From Proteromonas lacertae (lineage: Eukaryota), in contig NGBS01000873.1 in the NCBI GenBank assembly GCA_002245135.1, forward strand, positions 248,001 through 312,000: a stretch of 64,000 nucleotides of DNA, written 5' to 3'. Positions 56,654 through 64,000 of this stretch are shown one piece after another. The first letter of the stretch is position 1. Each line of letters begins with the position of its first letter. A model generated the notes under the pieces. That model was not told where the DNA came from. It saw only the letters and a program-made list of their open reading frames with translations, and ran no database searches. The position numbers and the translations under genes were made by a program.

Positions 56654-57645
56654 ATGCAAACCGAGAAGTATAGTTTCTAAATCTAAAAATAGAATACATA
56701 AATACGTTCAGAACTTATCTACTGTTGAGAAGGAACATCATAAACAGATTCTTTTCGGATTAAGAGTTTTTCCATGTGAATATCAAGAAAGATATGGATT
56801 TTGTTATGAAGCAGAAACAACAAGAAAGGGGAGAGAATATGCTCATGTATATATCATACTTATCACATTCAATTAGCATGATTGTTTCTATTATCACTCA
56901 TATATGGATCAACGTAGATGTCCAATAACTTTCGATAATTGTGAAGCATATAGACCAGCTTTATGCAAATCCTATAACATGAAGACAGGAAAATGCAAAT
57001 TTGGACCGAACTGTATCTACTCACATGGGTATTCAATGATTTTTGATTTATTTTATTAGCTATAATGAGTTATTATTCCATCCTGCTATATATAAAACTA
57101 GAATGTGTAGATATATTGAAAATGGACAAGAGTGCCCTGGAGGAGCATATTGCTGCTATGCTCATGGTTTTAATATATCATTTTCTTTTAATGATATATA
57201 ATTGTTGAAAATTTTCTTTAATGATTCTTTTTAAGATCTTAGAATTCCACCAGAGATTGTTGTAATAGAGCCTAATTCTAATAACTATAGTAGTAGCCTA
57301 CAAGAAGTCGATAATATACCTAGTGTTAACATACCTGATCAGTTATATAACTCAAGCGAAGACTTTGTTTATGATAATGATGAGTATTTATTCATTCTTT
57401 TTACTTTCAATAGAAAATCTTTAAGAGAAACAAGTCCTTTGACAATTACATACAACTTTCAACAATACGAGCAAAAGCCACAACAGTTGCAGCAAGTTAA
57501 ACCAATGCAACTAGTTAAACCTATACAAAAACCTAAATTTCATACTTCACCTGTTAATTCACGTTCTAATTTAAACAGAATCGAAGAGTTATTAGAAAAT
57601 TTCTCCGATTTTGGTCCAATCTGTCATCAAGAACTTTGGAACTAA
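56654..57645 (+). CDS. Unkempt-like CCCH zinc-finger RNA-binding protein (mostly missed by the ORF track)
   Basis: Spliced translation CFYYHSYMDQRRCP...YRPALC...CKFGPNCIYSHGYNELLFHPAIYKTRMC...CPGGAYCCYAH..DLR. Confidence 0.82.
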
Positions 57646-57796
57646 CTTGTATTTGTAACTAATACACTATAATATAAAACTGCTTAATTCGATTTTATAT
57701 TACATCCTATTTGCTTTGTTTATCGAAAATGAGAATTTTAAAAATCAGAAGTAACTTGGCTTGACTGTTTTTGAAATTTCAAAATAAATTATCTCG

Positions 57797-60700
57797 ATGT
57801 ATAGTACATCTGTGGATGATATAGTACATGCAGATCCTGAAGAAGTGTGTGATATAATAACTAGATATTTTACTGATGATGATGGAGAGAGTGAAAAGAT
57901 TAATTGGGAAAGTTTGATGAGTAGTGTTGTACAAAATTCTGAAATGAGATCAAAATGTTCATGTGAAAGTCATCCAGGAGAATTGTATTACAGATGTTTG
58001 ACGTGTGAAGTATTACCTCTGTTCTATGTATTATATGAATAGTTATCTGAAAATTCATACTATTGTAAGAATTGTTTCAATGCAGAATATCATAAATTTC
58101 ATCAAACATTAGAATACAAAGCATTAGATGCAAATGAACATTACAAATGTTATTGTGGTGAAATTGACAAGCTGAATATATTATCATTCTGTAAAATGCA
58201 TCAAGAACATACCGATATGATCACACCTCAAATGGTTACGAGTATGAACAGAATTGCTAAAATCACTATCGAATATGTAAGTGAAACGTTCCAAGAAATT
58301 TTCCCATCATTTTCATCCCCAAATTCCCCAGATATCACCTATACACTGATTTTACCGCAATGTCAAAAATCATTGCAAATTTACCACTTTGCTATATCCA
58401 ATATCTCTGGATTATCATTAGAACAAAAATCAGAAATATTAAATAACTTAGAAACAGAGCATCAATCAACATTGACAGATTTATCAATGGATTTAGTCAA
58501 TAATATAATAACTTATTTAAAACAGTCCAATATTGTTTATATCCTCTTAACTAGTGATAATTACATCAAATATCAACGAATAGAACAGATATTTAGATGG
58601 TTGAATTATTTATTAAAAGGTGGAACGACTTTTAGACAACCAATTGTTGAAGCTGTATAAAAATATATTAAAAATATATTTGTTTTTATAGATAATGAAA
58701 TCTTATTATGATGGATATACACATATTGAATCAATAATGAGAAATATTCACAAATTACCATATTCATTAAGTTATAATATTCAAATATTTATATGTAATT
58801 TATTGAATTCGAAGCAATTCTCTGATTTGATATTGTCCTATTTATTACAGAATTATATATCATATATTGATGCATATACAATGAATCAAATTAATTATTT
58901 TACTATTCCATTAAATATATATCAAATTGTATATAATCATATATATATAATTAAATAGTTGTTAAGTAATACTGAAATAATCAAAGATAGCCAGTTTAAT
59001 ATATTGAAATTGTTGTTTCAATCATTGAATGTATATTTTATTTATTTATTCTTGTCTGTATAGAACATAATTGAAAGATCAGATTCTCATTCAAATATAC
59101 TAATAGACAAGATCATTAATTTAATACAAATCTATTTATTCCATTATAATAGTGAAGATGTTAAACCAATTCAATATTATTATGATATTATTGATGTAAT
59201 AGACAAAATACAACCAAAAAGTATAACTGAAAATGCAAATCCAACGTTATTACTATGGGAACAGATGAATTGTACATTTTATTACAATTATAAGATATCT
59301 CAATGTTTAATTACTATTGGTAAAATACTCTATGACATTAAAAATAAGAATATTGCAGATGACGTGTTAGATTATGTTAAAAAGAAATATATCAAGTATC
59401 TTGAGGATGTATATATATTATTATATTATATATGATGTATAGCTGGGAGAATTTCATATTCCTATCAAAGAAACTGTACTATATAATTCTATTCAGTTTT
59501 TATATGAATTATTATTATTTTACAATATGAAATATGATACAATAACAATCAATGATTATTTTAAGAATATGAATGATGGTAATAATGATATTATATTATC
59601 AATAATACAGAATTGTATATCTCCACATGTTTTCTCTATTAAAATACAAACATCAAATGCTACACCTGAATATATGACTTTATTAGTATATTTCATTATT
59701 TTTATTTGTTATTTAGACTGATTTTTACATGTCTTCCTATTATGCAGAAATGAATATATTTTTGTTACACACAATCGCTGTTTATTATGGAATGGAAAAT
59801 ATTATTAATTTGGTATTAGATTACTCTGAAACAATAGATATTATAGCAAATGAAAGAGTATATTCACTCTATAAACATTCAAATAATATATTGTATGGAA
59901 AAGAGATAGTGAGATATATATGTCAAATATTGATTATTAGTTTAATATATAATAACAATACCACTAACAATTCATATTATAAACAGTTTTTGATTAATAC
60001 ATTGAGATTAGAATGTCAAAGTAAAGAAGAATTATATTTTAAAAGTATTTTTATTATTATGTTCTTTTTTATAGTGAAAACTCACTTTTATAATCGTTTA
60101 AATGAATTTTTTAGTGTATTTTTTATCACAGATAAAGTTCTTAAAGATTGTGCAGTATGTAATAACCTCAGATATAACAATTTGAATATTTATTCATTAC
60201 AAACTAAATATTATAACGAATATTATTATCCATTTGTACTAAATTACACTGTGAATAATAATTACTGTATTACAAAAGTTATTCAATTATTTTCCATTTA
60301 TTCATTACCGAAAGAACCATTTAACTCTCAATTTCAACCGAATTATGATTATTTATATTCAAATAATTGTTTAAAACTATTAATTTCCACTTTATATGTA
60401 TTACCTCAACCAAAGAAAGTTTCTAGTAATAACCAACAGCAAATCGACTATTATTATATTGTCTTATATTTGTTATCAATTATTTCACATAATGTTACAA
60501 TGCTCACTGATGAATTTAAACATTCTTTAATAACCAAATCAAATAGATATGGCAATGAGAATTGGTTAGATTTATTCTACATTTATGATTGGTTGAAATT
60601 GGATAGATTGAATGATATTTCTCATTATATTATATCCAATTTTCAAAAAATATGTTTGGATATAAAAATAACAATATCTCGATTATCTCCTGATAAAGCA

Positions 60701-62143
60701 AGTATATATATTTTTATTAATGTATTTGTTATTTTTATTAGAATTATTGGATATGAGCAGTGGAGAAAGAGAATCAATTCCAAGTAAACTAAACAAACAT
60801 TCATTCTTAAGAATGTGTTCGAGATGTAAAGAATATGTTTCTAAATATTACTGTTTTAATTGTGATGATCTATTTTGTAAGAATTGTAAACTCAGTGTTC
60901 ATGAAAATGTATATATATTAATTTGTAATATATTGTGAATTAGATAAATAGAAAACATCATAAAGTTAGACCTCTTCTATTTTGTAATGAATGTCATTCA
61001 AATGAAAGTATTTTCGCTGATATTTACTGTATAAATTGTAATAAATTCTATTGCATCATTTGTTCACAAACAAAGCACACAAATACAAAAGAAGAACATG
61101 AATTTGTTGGTATAAACGATTATGCTGAAGGAAATTATAAACATGAAAATAAAGAAGTAAACAATCGAAAAATGGAAGAAATTGCATTCTTATCAATGAG
61201 AAGTCATTACTTTCATATAGGAATTCGATTAATTAAAAAAGTAAGTGATGGTATTAGAGTTCCAGTGAAATGCATTCATCCTAATATCCCTGACCATGAT
61301 AAATTGTATATGTTAGAAATAACTGAACCACCACCATCAGTAGAATTGATTAATTATAAACCTTATGAAATATATAAGAAGGTTGGAAATCATGAATTTT
61401 TATTGCCATTTGTTGGTACAATAATGTATATATATATATATATATATATAATTAATATAGAGATTTAATAACAACAACATTTATCGAATACTTTTCTAAC
61501 AAGTTGATTAGTGATAGATTATGTTTTGGATTATTTGATTTTGAACAAAAAGTATATTATATTATTATTATTATTATTTCTATAGAGTATGGAAGAAATA
61601 GTTCCAACGCTTCAAATGATTACAAGTAAGGGAAAAGGAAACTATCCAACAATATTGAAGTATAGTTTTGAAATAAGTAAAATTCTCTATGATTTATATA
61701 ATAAAAACATTATTCATCGTAATATCAGTCTTTCAAATATTTATATTTCAAAAGATGATCATATTCAATTAACTGGGTTAAATTACAGTATTGTTGTAAA
61801 TGATGATAAAACGACTAGTAATTTAAATGTAATTGGAAATTTAGAAACAAGAGCACCTGAATTCTTTGCTCATTTGAAAGGAAGAAAAACAAAAGTTTTA
61901 AATTATAATAAACAACCATCTTGGGAACTTGGAGTTATTTTGTTTGAAATTTGTGAAAAGGAAAAACATCCTTTTCCTAATTACCCTAAGAGTGTTAATA
62001 ATAAGTTGAAATTGACTGTTGATTATCCAAGTGAGTATTTAGATTTAATACAGAAATTGATAATTTTAGATCCTTCAACTAGAACAACAATTACCGAAGC
62101 TTATAATACTTTAAATTTGTTATATTCCACAATTAACCAATAG
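57797..62143 (+). CDS. UBR-box, long helical region, two B-boxes and a pseudokinase in one protein (~1,300 aa)
   Basis: Eleven GT-AG introns connect all the ORFs in frame. UBR zinc finger YRCLTC...CKNCF...H..H...CYCG...FCKMH; B-boxes CSRC..YCFNC..FCKNC..H and CNEC..YCINC..YCIIC..H; kinase-like HRNISLSN and APEF. Confidence 0.72.
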
Positions 62144-62306
62144 ATTTAATTATTTTGTATGTTTAGAATAGTTTTTTATATGCATAATAAAACTTATTAT
62201 TAATGTGATATAAAATTCTATTGTGTCACATTGTTTTTATTTTGAAAATCTTTACAAAACACAAAACGGCTATATTTCGATTAATCAAAAATACATCATT
62301 ATACCT

Positions 62307-62552
62307 ATGCTGTATAATCATTTTCACAATAAATTAGGATGTACAGAAGCGCAATTAGTATTAGCATGGGTTTTAAAAAATAATAATGTGAGTGTAATGT
62401 TAATTAGAGCTTCAAATATAGAGCAATTGGATGAAAATTTGAAGCGTTTGGAAATATTACCAAAAATGAGTGATGAAATAATGAATGAAATTGATGAAAT
62501 AGCTTGTACTAAACCTATTCCATTTCCTGATTGTAGAACATGGAATAATTAA
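62307..62552 (+). pseudogene. C-terminal fragment of an aldo-keto reductase (Kv-beta-like)
   Basis: KLGCTEAQLVLAWVLKNNNVSVMLIRASNIEQLDENL matches the AKR C-terminus. Only ~160-190 nt separate it from the upstream stop, leaving no room for the catalytic N-terminal two-thirds. Confidence 0.7.
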
Positions 62553-62586
62553 AAACATAAATTGATAATAATAATAATAATAATCT

Positions 62587-64000
62587 CTACTTACACATCT
62601 TAATAAATTTTTCTATTTTTGCTTTATATTTTCCATCATCATATTTCAATGCTTCATTAAATGAGCTTAATGCATCAGTTATATTTTTCAACTAACAATA
62701 TACACCATATATATATATATATATATATATACCTTATCTAAATTCATTTTTCCTATAGCCATTAATAATTTACATTTCATAATTCTATTATTTTCTCCAT
62801 TTACATACTTCTCAGCTTCTTTTAAATATTTAACAGATTCATTGTATTGTTTCTATTCATATGATATATATTTATGAAAACATATATACAACAAAATAAT
62901 AATATTGTGATATATTATAATTACTTTCATATTTCTCTTCATCAGATTCTGCATATTTAACGGAATCTTTAAAATATTTTATTCCTTCTTCTAACTTATT
63001 CTATAATAAAAACAAAAAATAGATTTCATTATTATTAATTATTATACTATAGCCATTAAATCATTTCCTATATTCATATAACTAATATATTTCATAGCAT
63101 TACTATCTGACAATTTCAATGTCTGTTTAGATACTTCCATTCCTTTTTCATACTCTCCCTTTCAATAATAATTATTATTATAATATACATTGAGAATATA
63201 ACATGATGTAAGATTGTTATAACATTTCCATTTCTCCTCATTTGATTTAGCATATTTAAGAGCATCATTAAAATATTTCATTGATTCGTTGAACTTACCC
63301 TATATATTCATATATATATAGTAATTATGCTAACTGAAAAGTATAACATCCTGCATCAATAATATGTTTGAATTTCTGGGAATCATTAGAGGAATAATTG
63401 ATTGCTGATTTTGTATATTCTAATGCATTTTCTATTTGGTTTAATTCCACATAGCATTTAGTTAATCCAACACTTAAACCATATTTTTGATTTTTATCAT
63501 TTGTTAGAGAATAATTCATTTTTGAATATTTTATTGCTTTTTCATATTCTTTCTATTAATTAATTAATACAAAATATTATATATATATATAATTACTTTC
63601 TCATAATAAATAACACCCAAATAGTTAGTTACTAACATTTTTTCTTCATTTAATTTTGCTAATGTGAATGCTTTTTCTAAATATGGTATAGATTTATCAT
63701 CTTGATTCTATTATATATATATATATATATATATATAAACTTACTAAATTGTAATAACATATTCCTAAATATGTATTTGATAAAAAATTCTGTTCATGTC
63801 CCATATTCGTTTTTATTGCTTCAGATAAATAAGGAATTGCTTTTTCATAATTATTCATATTATAATAACATGTACCAATGTTGTAATTACATATTGTTTT
63901 TTGATGTTCATCTTCTGCTAGATGTAACATATCTTTATAATTAACTACTGCTTTTTCATAATTTCTCTATAGAAAGTCACAAATTATTATATTTATATAT
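62587..64000 (-). CDS. TPR-repeat protein, 3' part (5' end outside the window)
   Basis: Successive exons encode TPR units (NIGTCYYNMNNYEKAIPYL, LGVIYYEKKKEYEKAI and similar); TAG at 62589..62587. Confidence 0.85.

Overview
AT-rich, gene-dense eukaryotic (protist) DNA using the standard genetic code. Spliceosomal introns are very short (mostly 25-54 nt, typically GTAT...TAG), so the ORF track fragments most genes; I rebuilt exon structures by hand. Intron size, gene families and a TGTTTGTT 3' element suggest a stramenopile of the Blastocystis/Opalinata group, but this is inference only. The left 27.5 kb holds a tandem array of at least 11 highly diverged paralogs (10 complete, 1 partial) of an uncharacterised family. 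It looks like a calcineurin-B/NCS-type protein with dead EF-hands, a PxESC...LFT..PPPY.YD motif and a C-terminal VxP motif. The array is split by a giant ~3,919-aa class C (GABA-B-like) GPCR with nine tandem UrtA/AmiC-like Venus-flytrap domains, and by a Topors-like RING gene. The right part has a DUF4954-like beta-helix protein, DHX15/PRP43, two kinesins, a PDR-type ABCG, an LRR protein and a 14-Tudor protein with an LC8-motif array. It also has a tetraspanin-like gene, RRP8, EIPR1/TSSC1, an ANKIB1-like RBR ligase with a 5' frameshift, and an Unkempt-like CCCH gene with a candidate AT-AA minor intron. It ends with a UBR-box/B-box/pseudokinase fusion, an AKR fragment and a TPR gene whose exons coincide with repeats. 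No RNA genes, transposons or CRISPR arrays were recognised.
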